64,000 nucleotides of DNA from an uncultured Candidatus Saccharibacteria bacterium (lineage in GTDB: Bacteria > Patescibacteriota > Minisyncoccia > Phycocordibacterales > UBA918). The stretch lies in NCBI GenBank assembly GCA_964469295.1, contig CAYXYJ010000005.1, positions 16,086 through 80,085 of the forward strand, read 5' to 3'. The translations under genes and the position numbers were made by a program. The notes beneath the pieces were generated by a model. It ran no database searches, was not told where the DNA came from, and saw only the letters and a program-made list of their open reading frames with translations. This document shows positions 1-9,212 of this stretch, in pieces (position 1 is the stretch's first letter; every line of letters starts with the position of its first letter).

Positions 1-270
1 GCGACTGAGTTTGATTTAATTTACAACGAAGGAATTTCACTCGAAGGAGAATTACTCGCCCTTGGCGAAAAATATAAATTTGTCGCCAAGTCAGGTTCGT
101 CGTACACATTTACCCCACCAGGTGGTGACGCTTCAACTGAAGTAAAGCTAGGCCGTGGCTATGATGCCGCCAGAACTTTTTTACGTGAAAACCCAAAAGT
201 TCGTACCGAATTATTAAAACACGTCCGAAAATCATTAAAGGAAGAGAAAGCCGTTGGTGGTGCGGATTAG
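1..270 (+). CDS. recA: Recombinase RecA, C-terminal fragment (5' end lies outside the window)
   Basis: Frame 1 translates to ATEFDLIYNEGISLEGELLALGEKYKFVAKSGSSYTF...GRGYDAARTFLRENPKVRTELLKHVRK, which matches the conserved RecA C-terminal domain. Stop TAG at 268-270. Confidence 0.85.
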   Translation, partial: ATEFDLIYNEGISLEGELLALGEKYKFVAKSGSSYTFTPPGGDASTEVKLGRGYDAARTFLRENPKVRTELLKHVRKSLKEEKAVGGAD

Positions 271-282
271 TATATGTTAACA

Positions 283-312
283 AAACAAAACCGCCTTTAG
301 GCGGTTTTGTTT
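283..312. terminator. Bidirectional intrinsic terminator hairpin (aaaaccgcctttaggcggtttt)
   Basis: Perfect GC-cored stem with A/T-rich flanks on both sides. Sits between recA (+) and the convergent minus-strand ORF. Confidence 0.7.
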
Positions 313-328
313 TGTTAACTGAGTCGTT

Positions 329-796
329 TTACTGATTGCTTGTATAACACCCAACTAACGCAATACTTTCGCTGGCGCTTGGAGTGGCACCATTTTGAAT
401 TTCAACTGTTCGTTCATTAGTTATCTTTGTTTCAGCACAAGCCATGGTGCCTTTAGTGATAACGATTTCCGCTTCAGAAAATCCCATCATTCGCAAAGCG
501 TCTTGTTGCGCTGTGGGTAAATTCGCGACCACAATCGTGAACGCTGGCTCGTTAGCCTCACTCGCATCCATCGCTGTCGCTTCGGTGTGATCGGATGTTA
601 ACGCTGTATTAACGGTGGCAACAGGGTTTTGTACGGTATTAGTCACCGCCGCTCGTTCGTCTGCAAACGAATCCCCCGCCCAGACATATCCCAGTATCAT
701 CCCAATTACTAACGCGAGTAACGCTGTCAATATCAAGGTACTCCCAGAGAATCCAGTCATCGTCCCCGTTTGGTTTTGGTATGGTGAATAATGCAT
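329..796 (-). CDS. Hypothetical membrane-anchored protein (N-terminal TM helix)
   Basis: 155-aa ORF with a hydrophobic segment TLILTALLALVIGMILGYVW. No recognisable domain. Confidence 0.45.
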   Translation of the reverse strand: MHYSPYQNQTGTMTGFSGSTLILTALLALVIGMILGYVWAGDSFADERAAVTNTVQNPVATVNTALTSDHTEATAMDASEANEPAFTIVVANLPTAQQDALRMMGFSEAEIVITKGTMACAETKITNERTVEIQNGATPSASESIALVGCYTSNQ

Positions 797-1086
797 AGAA
801 TTAATTATGTATTAACATGAATGTTGTCCCCGCCCAGCACTGTAGGTGATGCTCAAAACTAGAAGAAGAGCGCCCGGAAGCTAGTTGTTAGGAGCTTCAT
901 TGGTGACACTATCCGGCACATCAATGCGAATAGTGGCGTCAGATTCTTCTGGTGCAGCCACGTTTCTTCCCATGACATACCACGTTCCAAAGCCAACAAT
1001 GGCAATGATAATCAATACCAATAGCACAGTGTTTACTCCGGATGAATTATTATTTGACATAGTAGTTTGTTACAGAATACCAATAA

Positions 1087-1506
1087 TTATAACGATGCGT
1101 CGGCAATAAACGATTCGGTAAGCTCTTTACTATACGCATCGAGTATCCAGGTCACCGCGGTTTGTTGTTGCGACTCATTTTCCATGTATTTTTCAATGGC
1201 TAGTTGCATCCGTTCTCGCAACCAAATCGAATCAGCAGTCACTCCATTATTCTCTAAGTGACCAATACATGTCACTGTATCATTCAGAGTGTTATTGAGG
1301 ACTGGTACGTCAGACTTGGCTGATTCCGCTGACCAATCATTGGCTATAGCGGTTTCCGTTTTTGCGACCAATGATTCACAGAGTAATAGTTGTTCCGCTG
1401 GTGAATATTCTTCGGCAGCAAAGAGGTGGTTGGCGGTAACACCGCAGGTCATAATTCCGAATATGCCTGCGATGAGTAACCACTGCCGATATGAGAGTGT
1501 TGACAT
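1087..1506 (-). CDS. Hypothetical secreted protein (signal peptide)
   Basis: 139-aa ORF. N-terminus MSTLSYRQWLLIAGIFGIMTCGVTA looks like a signal peptide. Confidence 0.45.
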   Translation of the reverse strand: MSTLSYRQWLLIAGIFGIMTCGVTANHLFAAEEYSPAEQLLLCESLVAKTETAIANDWSAESAKSDVPVLNNTLNDTVTCIGHLENNGVTADSIWLRERMQLAIEKYMENESQQQTAVTWILDAYSKELTESFIADASL

Positions 1507-1822
1507 ATCTTTTTCAATGAATTACTTCGCTTCCCTCCACATGCAGTTAGTAAATTACCTCGAGTACTGACATGCCAATAATTCGTTCATGAACATGTTT
1601 GTGTTCAGTTTGTTGCCAGCGGTCATTTATTTGCTTTGATTGTTCAGTATCATCTCCCGCGACATTCATGTGTTGATTATCTGCTTTGAACATCAATGTC
1701 GCAACACTATTGATTCGTTCCATAGATCACCGTATGAATTTAGCTGGTAATGTTGTCCAATCTTTTCTTTTTGATTGTTTTACGACACCTTCTCTTGTGG
1801 TCCTCAACCCTTTGGGGCCAGT

Positions 1823-2080
1823 TTAGCGACGAGCGCCACTAATGAGTCGAAGCAACCAAAGGAAAATAACTGAACCAATTACTGACACAATCAGACTGTA
1901 TAAGTTGAATCCGTTTACTCCGCCTTCACCGAGCATATTAAAGACAAATCCTCCAATCATTGCCCCGACAATACCAACAACGATATTGAGGAGGATACCC
2001 TGTGATGCGTTGGTACCCATAATGATAGATCCAATCCATCCAGCAATCCCTCCAAGCACAATTGCTGCAATCAATGACAT
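1823..2080 (-). CDS. GlsB/YeaQ/YmgE family transglycosylase-associated small membrane protein
   Basis: 85 aa, two Gly-rich TM helices (IVLGGIAGWIGSIIMG...VGIVGAMIGGFVFNMLG) typical of this family. Confidence 0.75.
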   Translation of the reverse strand: MSLIAAIVLGGIAGWIGSIIMGTNASQGILLNIVVGIVGAMIGGFVFNMLGEGGVNGFNLYSLIVSVIGSVIFLWLLRLISGARR

Positions 2081-2269
2081 ATAATTTGTTTTTATTTTTT
2101 AATAACTAATCAACGCACTTATTGTAAAAGTGCCACTATTATTTGTCAACAAAATAATCAGCAGAAACAATTTTTTATGTAAAAACCAGCGAAATAGCCT
2201 TATATGCAAATATTTTTGACAAAATTTTATTTTGTTTTTTGGTTGAAATGCGTATATGTTATTAATTAA

Positions 2270-2305
2270 TATTTGCAATTTATAAAGTTACTGTGGTACA
2301 GTGTG
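2270..2305 (+). promoter_or_regulatory. Candidate sigma70-like promoter (TTGCAA ... extended -10 TGgTACAGT) in an AT-rich region
   Basis: TTGCAA, then a 17-nt spacer, then TGGTACAGT. Lies just upstream of a GC-rich untranslated segment. Confidence 0.3.
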
Positions 2306-2311
2306 GTTAGA

Positions 2312-2530
2312 AACCAGATAGTGAAGGAGGGGTGCATGGGCGGTTGTTAACTAACACGCGCGCACTATGGGTTATCGACCCAATTCCATAATGGACAGCG
2401 CCGGCAAATCCTTGGGCATACGCCCACCTTCCCTGACCCGGTTGGCATAAGGTGAGGTTGCCGCTGTATTGGACAAAAAGCGCGACAGACGTGTTACGTT
2501 ACGGGGAGCCCTAGGCTCCCCGTTTTCTTT
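2312..2530 (+). ncRNA. Candidate structured small RNA of unknown family (about 200 nt), ending in an intrinsic terminator
   Basis: A GC-rich stretch (about 55-60% GC) after an AT-rich promoter-like region. No ORF longer than 5 codons follows the RBS-like GAAGGAGGGG. A clear terminator, ACGGGGAGCCCTAGGCTCCCCGTTTTCTTTTTC, sits at 2500-2533. No plus-strand gene lies downstream. Confidence 0.4.
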
Positions 2531-2563
2531 TTCTCTGTACATTTCATTTTTACTCGTTAACAC

Positions 2564-3313
2564 TTATATTGACTGCCACAAGGCATCAAAGAGTGCTTCG
2601 AGAGAACGGGCTATACCAGCATTAACAATCGTCACTCCCGTAATGGTTGGTTGGACTGAGGCGAAAGAAACACAGTTTCCATAAATATACACATCGGCTT
2701 CAAACGGCAACTGTTCTCTGTTTATTTGTTTCAACACTTGGTGAGGATATGGCACCACTGCATCTGTCTTTTCCGCATCAGCATAGAGCACAACTGACTG
2801 AATTTTTTTACTCTCACGTTTATTCGTAAATAGCATCAATTCTTCAGGAGTAAAGACTCGACGCATTTGATCAATGGCTGTAATGATTTTTACCTGCTTT
2901 ATATCTTGAGTCAAAATATCATTACGCATAGTATGTAATCCTTCCTTCCCTTCAAAAATACGGACGGACGGACGGTCAGTATTTACCCCCACCAATCGTA
3001 ATATTTGTGGAATGAGATCAGAAAGATCTTTCTTTTGCATTTCAATGGCAGCCTGACGACGTTCAAGTAACCGTTCAATGTGTCGGGGGGACTCGGCCGA
3101 AAACAGGGTTTTCTTCCCTTTTTTAAACGTGGTTACCAGCCCGAGATGCATGAGATTTTGCAACTGCACGTATACTGTTGAACGATTTAATGACGTCGCT
3201 TCGGTGACACTATCTACGGACATTTCATGATGAGTGAGCAACGTCACATATACCTCAGCTTCTTTTTGGGAAAGGCCAAAGGTAACGAGATTATCATGTA
3301 GTTTTTTGAGCAT
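2564..3313 (-). CDS. TrmB-family transcriptional regulator (winged HTH)
   Basis: N-terminus ...FGLSQKEAEVYVTLLTHHEMSVDSVTEATSLNRSTVYVQLQNLMHLGLV is typical of the TrmB HTH domain. 249 aa. Confidence 0.6.
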   Translation of the reverse strand: MLKKLHDNLVTFGLSQKEAEVYVTLLTHHEMSVDSVTEATSLNRSTVYVQLQNLMHLGLVTTFKKGKKTLFSAESPRHIERLLERRQAAIEMQKKDLSDLIPQILRLVGVNTDRPSVRIFEGKEGLHTMRNDILTQDIKQVKIITAIDQMRRVFTPEELMLFTNKRESKKIQSVVLYADAEKTDAVVPYPHQVLKQINREQLPFEADVYIYGNCVSFASVQPTITGVTIVNAGIARSLEALFDALWQSI

Positions 3314-3459
3314 ACGCTGATGCTATCACTTTATTGACATATCTGCCAATAATCAGGGCGTCTATTACAATGCATAAGTATTGTTTTGCGGGTTATAACA
3401 AGGTACTAGAAAAGTGCAATAACCCTGACCGTATCAAATACTCTGGCGTAAATGGTATT

Positions 3460-3813
3460 TTAGCTATACTGGACTGTGCTTTGTATTCGTGTGGTCCGGA
3501 CAAATAGTCTAAAAATCGCCACAACGGTCGTAATGAAAAGTAAACAAAAAGCCAGAAGTGACCAAGTGTCAGCATTAATCATACTGACCACGGCATAATT
3601 GGGGACGTCACCTACTTCCACCGCCAAGAGATTGGTCACGATGCTGGAAATTGAGGCTAAACGCCAAAACGCGATTCCACTCCCCGCCAGCACGAAGCCC
3701 ACCATGAAACTCGGACGGACAATGGTGTTCACGAGAAATGACCACCAAATACGCCGCATAATGGCGCGCCGAAACTGTTGTTGTTTATGTAATACTGAAC
3801 GCATGGTTTCCAT
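3460..3813 (-). CDS. Hypothetical membrane protein, possible anti-sigma factor (directly downstream of the ECF sigma)
   Basis: 117 aa with 2-3 predicted TM segments. Operon position is immediately downstream of the sigma-70 family gene. Confidence 0.4.
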   Translation of the reverse strand: METMRSVLHKQQQFRRAIMRRIWWSFLVNTIVRPSFMVGFVLAGSGIAFWRLASISSIVTNLLAVEVGDVPNYAVVSMINADTWSLLAFCLLFITTVVAIFRLFVRTTRIQSTVQYS

Positions 3814-3845
3814 ACTTTATTTCAACTGGGTATTGGTCAAAAAGG

Positions 3846-4436
3846 TTACAACAATTGTTCTAACTCTTCACCGTTCGTTGCTTTACGAAAGGCGGCTTTG
3901 GCTCGGTGTACTCGGGCTTTGATTGTGCCAACCATTTCCCCAGTTTCGTTCGCAATATCTTCTTGTGACCAGTGTTCTAGGTAGTGAAGGCGTAGCACGG
4001 CAGCAAAATGTCCCGGGAGACGTGATAATACCCGTTCAATCGCATCGCGCCGCATTACAACCTCAGGCGTCGTAGCGCGATCGGCAATTAATTGCTCAAA
4101 TTCTGGATCAAGACCAACAATGCGTTCGCTTAATTTTCGTCTCCGGACATAGTAGGTGTAACTCGTATTTAATAAAATTCGGTACGCCCAAGACGAAAAT
4201 TTAGCCCCTTCCTGCGGAGAAAATTTGTTGGCATTTATATAAATTTTTGTAAAAGTATCTTGAACTATTTCTTCAGCATCTTCGGTGTTACGCAGAATGT
4301 GTGACGCTCGTCGTAAAAACGGTTGCTCATACCGATCAAGGAGTATGGAAAAAATCCATGGCTGAGTTTGACTCCGCCAAAGAATTTCTTCATCTGGCAA
4401 ATCACGGGCATCATCAGTAGCAAAAAACCCCAACAT
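3846..4436 (-). CDS. RNA polymerase sigma factor, ECF (sigma-70 family) type
   Basis: Region 2 and region 4 signatures: EEIVQDTFTKIYINANKF, SWAYRILLNTSYTYYVRRRK, and LPGHFAAVLRLHYLEHWSQEDIANETGEMVGTIKARVHRAKAAFRK. Confidence 0.8.
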   Translation of the reverse strand: MLGFFATDDARDLPDEEILWRSQTQPWIFSILLDRYEQPFLRRASHILRNTEDAEEIVQDTFTKIYINANKFSPQEGAKFSSWAYRILLNTSYTYYVRRRKLSERIVGLDPEFEQLIADRATTPEVVMRRDAIERVLSRLPGHFAAVLRLHYLEHWSQEDIANETGEMVGTIKARVHRAKAAFRKATNGEELEQLL

Positions 4437-4619
4437 ATACTAAATATTTCTATTGTTTATTATATCGTATAGTACCACTATTTGTTTCTTATTGGCCCGT
4501 TACAAATTTTGCGTTTATGGTGCAATTTTGGTATAAAGTGACGTATTTAATTAATTTATTCAGTATCAAAATGAACTCCATTGCTAGTCGTTCCTTTTGG
4601 TAGATTACTTCATTTTATT

Positions 4620-5195
4620 ATGGCGGTCTTATCTTACAACGAAATTACTCCAAAAAAGGTTATCATTTTTAATGATGAACCACACATCGTGATTTCTTAT
4701 CATGTATTTCGCAAGCAACAACGCAAACCGGTAAATATTACCAAACTAAAGAATATTAAGTCTGGCCGAGTCATCGAAAATACTTTTCATGTAAATGAAA
4801 CGGCGGATGAAGCTGATCTCGAAACTCGCATGGTGACATTTATTTACCGCAAAGGAACCGAGTATTGGTTCCATACATCCGGGAAACCAGCCGATCGATT
4901 TGTCCTAACTGACGACATGGTCGGGGACCAGGGAAAATTCCTCAAAGACCGTAGTGAGATTCAAGCGTTGGTATACGAAGACGAAATTATCGGACTAAAA
5001 ATGCCCATCAAGGTAGTGCTGAAAGTAACCGAAGCCGCTGACGCGGTAAAGGGAAATTCGTCCGGTGGCGCGTTAAAGGAAGTGACGCTGGAAACTGGTG
5101 CGACATTGATGGTACCCATGTTTATCAATGAAGGCGATATGGTTGCCGTCAATACCGAAGATGGCGTGTATTCTGAACGAATGGAAAAAGCGTAA
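4620..5195 (+). CDS. efp: Elongation factor P
   Basis: AVLSYNEITPKKVIIFNDEPHIVISYHVF...KPVNITKLKNIKSGRVIENTF...KD matches the EF-P OB-fold domains. The ORF could start at 4581, but the M at 4620 fits the EF-P N-terminus. Confidence 0.85.
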   Translation: MAVLSYNEITPKKVIIFNDEPHIVISYHVFRKQQRKPVNITKLKNIKSGRVIENTFHVNETADEADLETRMVTFIYRKGTEYWFHTSGKPADRFVLTDDMVGDQGKFLKDRSEIQALVYEDEIIGLKMPIKVVLKVTEAADAVKGNSSGGALKEVTLETGATLMVPMFINEGDMVAVNTEDGVYSERMEKA

Positions 5196-5216
5196 GAGCA
5201 ATACCAAACTAGTAAG

Positions 5217-5242
5217 GTCGACATCCTCACGGATGTCGACCT
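5217..5242 (+). terminator. Intrinsic terminator after efp (ggtcgacatcctcacggatgtcgacc)
   Basis: 10-bp perfect stem with a T-rich tail. Confidence 0.6.
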
Positions 5243-5403
5243 TATTCGTTATCAAAAAAATACCCCCAAACAACACAGAACAAGATAACAACAGCAGTAG
5301 TAACCATTACCCCCACAACCACCATAATGATAGATGTTCTCACTAAGAGTAATAAAATTAATTGCCCATAAAACGCTAGTATAATGGCTGCGAGATATTG
5401 CAA
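5242..5403 (-). CDS. Possible small hydrophobic membrane protein (53 aa, TTG start)
   Basis: Translates to LQYLAAIILAFYGQLILLLLVRTSIIMVVVGVMVTTAVVILFCVVWGYFFDNE. An AAGGAG-like RBS sits 6 nt upstream of TTG. Short, below the ORF-track cutoff. Confidence 0.2.
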   Translation of the reverse strand: MQYLAAIILAFYGQLILLLLVRTSIIMVVVGVMVTTAVVILFCVVWGYFFDNE

Positions 5404-5460
5404 GGCGCTCTCCTTTTTTCGAATCTAGGATAGAGACTACTACAAATTAAAAAAATTGAA

Positions 5461-5492
5461 AAGCGGCGGAGCAAAGCTCCGCCGCTTTTCAA
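5461..5492. terminator. Bidirectional terminator hairpin (aaaagcggcggagcaaagctccgccgctttt)
   Basis: Perfect GC stem flanked by A- and T-runs. Lies just 3' of rpsR on the minus strand. Confidence 0.7.
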
Positions 5493-5511
5493 TTTTTCCT
5501 TCTAAACAATA

Positions 5512-5727
5512 TTAGTGGGAAATATACGGCATCAACGCCATAAAACGCGCTCGTTTAATTGCTCGGGCGAAATCACGTTGACCTTTCGCACTAAACCCAG
5601 TACGCTTGCGACTATTCATTCGAGCGTGCGGATTAATGTGATTGCCCAGACGAACAATATCTTTGTAATCAATATGTTCCACTTTGGCTTTTTTGTGTAA
5701 ATTGTGTTGTTCGATGGTTGTTTCCAT
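5512..5727 (-). CDS. rpsR: 30S ribosomal protein S18
   Basis: RTGFSAKGQRDFARAIKRARFMALMPY is the S18 signature. Sits in the rpsF-ssb-rpsR context. Confidence 0.9.
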   Translation of the reverse strand: METTIEQHNLHKKAKVEHIDYKDIVRLGNHINPHARMNSRKRTGFSAKGQRDFARAIKRARFMALMPYISH

Positions 5728-5758
5728 GATACTGATGAATTAAGTCTAATAAGAATAT

Positions 5759-6199
5759 TTAGAATGGAATATCTTCAGGATTGATTTCTTCGGTCGGATA
5801 ATCCGGTAAAACTGGAGCATTGCCTTGATCACTACTGGCCGTTGCCTGATTGCCTCCCCCTCCTGTCCCGGCCCCAGCGCGTGGCCCAAATTGGACTCGA
5901 TCGGCAACGATTTCGGTACGATAATTTTTATGTCCATCCTTTTCCCATGATGTCGTTCGCAGTGATCCTTCGACATAAGCAGAAGCGCCTTTCGTGAGAT
6001 ATTTGGCTGAATTTTCAGCTTGTTTGCCAAATACGACGACGTTGTGATATTCCGTGGCTTCTTGGCGTTTCCCATCACGATCGGTATAGACACGGTTGGT
6101 GGCAATCGCAAAGCTACAAACTTGCATCCCGCTTGGTAACGCGCGCATTTCTGGATCGCGAGTAAGGTTACCGTAAATCATTGCTTTATTAAGGTACAT
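5759..6199 (-). CDS. ssb: Single-stranded DNA-binding protein
   Basis: OB-fold N-terminus (IYGNLTRDPE...YHNVVVFGKQAE...), a Gly-rich linker, and an acidic C-terminal tail ending DIPF. Confidence 0.9.
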   Translation of the reverse strand: MYLNKAMIYGNLTRDPEMRALPSGMQVCSFAIATNRVYTDRDGKRQEATEYHNVVVFGKQAENSAKYLTKGASAYVEGSLRTTSWEKDGHKNYRTEIVADRVQFGPRAGAGTGGGGNQATASSDQGNAPVLPDYPTEEINPEDIPF

Positions 6200-6224
6200 A
6201 GGATTGACTTAGTGGATAGTGGTT

Positions 6225-6737
6225 TTATTTTACCACTTCTTCCGCTTCTTCGTCAGTGGTAGCTGGTGTATCTACTGATTCACTGTTTGGTTCTTCACTT
6301 TCTACTATTTCTTCGTCAATGGTGACGACTCGGTTCTTAATTTCAGCGAGGGCTTCGTGGAAAGAAAAAGGGTTAGCTTCTTCTTGTTTTGTTAAACGAA
6401 CCAATAGTGTACGCAGGATTTGTTTATGTGCTTCGATTTCCTCTGTTGTCGTTGGAACAGCGTCTCCTGACATACGGAATCGAATCCATCCAAAATAAGC
6501 GCTACTAAAACGGCGATATCGTCCTTCGAGATATTTCTCAATTTCGTAGGCTAATTCAAAGCGTTCAGCAACTTCTTCATCAAAAACTTCACCGCCATGA
6601 GCGACGATAATAGCCTTAAGCGCCTTGGTAACGTCATCTACTTCCCCTTCAGCTACCGTTGGAAGTACGTGGTAGGCAAGCTCGTACGCGTGTGCGTCAC
6701 GATCTGCCTCGATAGCTGGCATATTTACGTCTGACAT
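6225..6737 (-). CDS. rpsF: 30S ribosomal protein S6 with an acidic C-terminal extension
   Basis: YELAYHVLP...GGEV...AYEI.K...G.Y matches S6. Classic rpsF-ssb-rpsR order. The ORF extends to 6773, but the M at 6737 is the more likely start. Confidence 0.8.
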   Translation of the reverse strand: MSDVNMPAIEADRDAHAYELAYHVLPTVAEGEVDDVTKALKAIIVAHGGEVFDEEVAERFELAYEIEKYLEGRYRRFSSAYFGWIRFRMSGDAVPTTTEEIEAHKQILRTLLVRLTKQEEANPFSFHEALAEIKNRVVTIDEEIVESEEPNSESVDTPATTDEEAEEVVK

Positions 6738-6854
6738 ATATTTTGTTTTTGATTGAGCCACAAATGGCCACAATCCTTAATAACGGCAAAACAATACCAT
6801 ACTGTTTCTACTTATTCAAGGTCAAGTCGTATGGTATACTTTTGACTATAACGT

Positions 6855-7790
6855 ATGCGACCAACACCGTTTCGAGCACTGGTATGGCCAGCATTGGCTA
6901 TTGTGGGGATTATTGGAACCATTCTCTTGGGGTTTTTGTCTTACACACAACACCAAAAAATTGTTGCTCTGCAAGTCGACCGAAATATATTTTTACTCGA
7001 GGTAGCATCAAGTACCAAAACCTTAAACGACGAGATGAGTAAGGCCAGTAGCACCATCGCCGACTTGACGACAACCGTCGGAAAATTGCTTGCAGATAAA
7101 GAAGAGCTCCAAGACGAGCTCGGCGACGAAAAAAATCGCAATGAAGAATTTGAAGACCAAATCAAAAAAATTGCCGGTACTGTCGGTGATCTGGATAAAC
7201 TCTCTAAAACTGATGAGGAACTTCTGCAAAAGTATTCAAAAGTATATTTCTTAAACGAAAATTATATTCCGTCTCGATTAAAAAAGATTGATAATAGCTA
7301 TGTTTTAGCTGGTCGAAGTGAACAATACTTTCATGCGGAAGCCCTCCCCTTTCTGGTTGACATGATTGACGACGCTGCTGATGATGGTATAGACCTGAAA
7401 GTAGTATCTGCCTACCGCTCATTTGACCAACAAGCCACTCTAAAGGGTGCCTATACACAAATGTATGGTAGTGGCGCTAATGCATTTTCGGCCGATCAGG
7501 GTTATTCAGAACATCAACTTGGTACAACCTTGGATATTACCGACCCAGCTACTGCTGGTACGTACACCTCATTTGAAAACACTGAAGCCTTTGCGTGGCT
7601 ACAAAAAAATGCTTATAAATATGGATTCATAATCTCCTATCCAAAAGGCAATGCGTACTATGTCTATGAACCCTGGCATTGGCGGTTTGTCGGTGAAGAA
7701 TTAGCCGGCGACTTACATGATGACGAGGCCAATTTCTACGACTGGGATCAGCGCAAAATTAATGAATACCTTATTAAAATTTTTGATTAA
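6855..7790 (+). CDS. Membrane-anchored D-alanyl-D-alanine carboxypeptidase (VanY / peptidase M15 family) with coiled-coil linker
   Basis: N-terminal TM helix, then a coiled-coil (KLLADKEELQDELGDEKNRNEEFEDQIKK). The C-terminal domain carries SAYRSFDQQ...SEHQLGTTLDI...EPWHWRFVG, which are M15/VanY motifs. Confidence 0.7.
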   Translation: MRPTPFRALVWPALAIVGIIGTILLGFLSYTQHQKIVALQVDRNIFLLEVASSTKTLNDEMSKASSTIADLTTTVGKLLADKEELQDELGDEKNRNEEFEDQIKKIAGTVGDLDKLSKTDEELLQKYSKVYFLNENYIPSRLKKIDNSYVLAGRSEQYFHAEALPFLVDMIDDAADDGIDLKVVSAYRSFDQQATLKGAYTQMYGSGANAFSADQGYSEHQLGTTLDITDPATAGTYTSFENTEAFAWLQKNAYKYGFIISYPKGNAYYVYEPWHWRFVGEELAGDLHDDEANFYDWDQRKINEYLIKIFD

Positions 7791-7865
7791 CAATGAATTA
7801 ATTGGCGATACTGTCATCGTGTACTATTATTATCTTAATTGGTTCTTTTACAGAGGAGCACACCT

Positions 7866-8309
7866 ATGCGCTGTCTGCGCGTCGAAGTCATCGCCTTCCA
7901 CCAAGAAAATCGCTGTTGTTACTGTCATCATCCGATGATTCGAGGGCGACAAGTACTCGGAAAACCGTATCCACGGAACGCCATGACGAAAGATCATATC
8001 AAACCCCGTGTCTATGGCGGTTTTACTACCCCAGACAATCTCATTGCCGCCTGTGCGCAGTGTAATCAACTTCGGGGTGAAATCGATGCGGTTGCCTTTC
8101 GTAATCTGCTTCGCAAATGGTTCAAGCGAGACCCGGGTTTGCAAGAGCGGTGGCACAACATCACTCAAAGCGAGTTTAATGAGCTGAAACAAGTCACCCT
8201 TCGCGCCCATGAACGACAACTACACGGGCTGGCTCTCCGCTTTGTGGAATTCGCGTTTCGGCACACTGATTTTAGTCACCGTGAACGGCGTCGTCTTAAT
8301 CGGGCCTGA
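7866..8309 (+). CDS. Standalone HNH endonuclease
   Basis: CCYCHHP...TKDHIKPRVYGGFTTPDNLIAACAQCNQLRG is a canonical HNH nuclease motif (Cys pairs plus DH...N). About 52% GC, higher than neighbouring genes. The ORF could begin at 7839. Confidence 0.75.
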   Translation: MRCLRVEVIAFHQENRCCYCHHPMIRGRQVLGKPYPRNAMTKDHIKPRVYGGFTTPDNLIAACAQCNQLRGEIDAVAFRNLLRKWFKRDPGLQERWHNITQSEFNELKQVTLRAHERQLHGLALRFVEFAFRHTDFSHRERRRLNRA

Positions 8310-8330
8310 ATAACATCAGGCCCGATTTCA
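8303..8330 (+). terminator. Terminator hairpin after the HNH gene (cgggcctgaataacatcaggcccg)
   Basis: 8-bp GC stem, convergent with the tatD 3' end. Confidence 0.5.
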
Positions 8331-9176
8331 CCCCAAACGATATAAATTTTTTGCGTTCTGTTGTAACGCTTCTATGGCCGTTGACTCGGACACATTTTTA
8401 ATGGTCGCAATTTTACTATACACGGCAGTAACCATCCATGGTTCACATCGCTTACCGCGATACGGAACAGGGGCCACATACGGGCAGTCAGTTTCGCCGT
8501 GAATTTTATCTAAAGGAACATTTTTTATGACTTCTTCATATTGTTTGGCAAAAGTAATCACCCCAGTAAAAGAAATGGTGCCGCCAATATCAAAAAATTT
8601 ATAGGCTTCAGCGGTGGTACCAGCATAAAAATGTACGTTAAATGGCACCCGAGCATATTGCTTAAGGAGCTCATACACGTCTTCATACACGCTCCGGCCT
8701 GTTGGACTCACTTCCCCAGGTTTTGGACCGCGGGTGTGTATCATTAAAGGAAGATTGAGTTCATTGGCTAGTTTGATTTGTTCGATAAAGGCAATTTCTT
8801 GTATCTCATACGTTTCTTTTGGACAATGCCAATAATCAAATCCGCATTCCCCAATACCCACAACCTTTGGTGTTGTTGCGAGCGTCAAGAAGGCTTCGCG
8901 AACGAAAATTTCACCATGACTCGTAAACGGCTGACCGCCTACACCAAACTCGTCTTCGTCATGATCACCCGGCACCGTTTGAATCGGATGTAATCCAATA
9001 ATCGCGTAGAGATGGTCATGTTGCGTAGCCAATTCAACTGCTCGCTGACTGGTCGACAATTTTGTCCCCACATTAATCACCGTCACAGATTCACCAGCGC
9101 ATTTTTTAATCACCTCATCAACATCGTCATTAAATACCGAAAGATTTAGATGAGCGTGGGTATCAATCCATTTCAC
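8328..9176 (-). CDS. tatD: TatD-family metal-dependent hydrolase (DNase)
   Basis: IDTHAHL...GLHP...GEIGLD-like GECGFDY...IHTR... signature of the TatD TIM-barrel family. Confidence 0.8.
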   Translation of the reverse strand: MKWIDTHAHLNLSVFNDDVDEVIKKCAGESVTVINVGTKLSTSQRAVELATQHDHLYAIIGLHPIQTVPGDHDEDEFGVGGQPFTSHGEIFVREAFLTLATTPKVVGIGECGFDYWHCPKETYEIQEIAFIEQIKLANELNLPLMIHTRGPKPGEVSPTGRSVYEDVYELLKQYARVPFNVHFYAGTTAEAYKFFDIGGTISFTGVITFAKQYEEVIKNVPLDKIHGETDCPYVAPVPYRGKRCEPWMVTAVYSKIATIKNVSESTAIEALQQNAKNLYRLG

Positions 9177-9212
9177 CCGCGCAGTATACCATGCAAATTT
9201 TTTAATAAAAAT

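Noticed and set aside
885-1261. Short plus-strand ORFs 885..1109 and 1067..1261
   Set aside because: No RBS or domain. They partly overlap the more plausible minus-strand signal-peptide protein.
2340-2520. SRP RNA, tmRNA or RNase P identity for the GC-rich non-coding segment
   Set aside because: The motifs do not fit by eye. An SRP helix-8-like string (GGUCAGG...GAAGG) appears only on the antisense strand, which would put the terminator at the wrong end. The length is wrong for tmRNA or RNase P. The segment is kept as an unknown-family ncRNA candidate.
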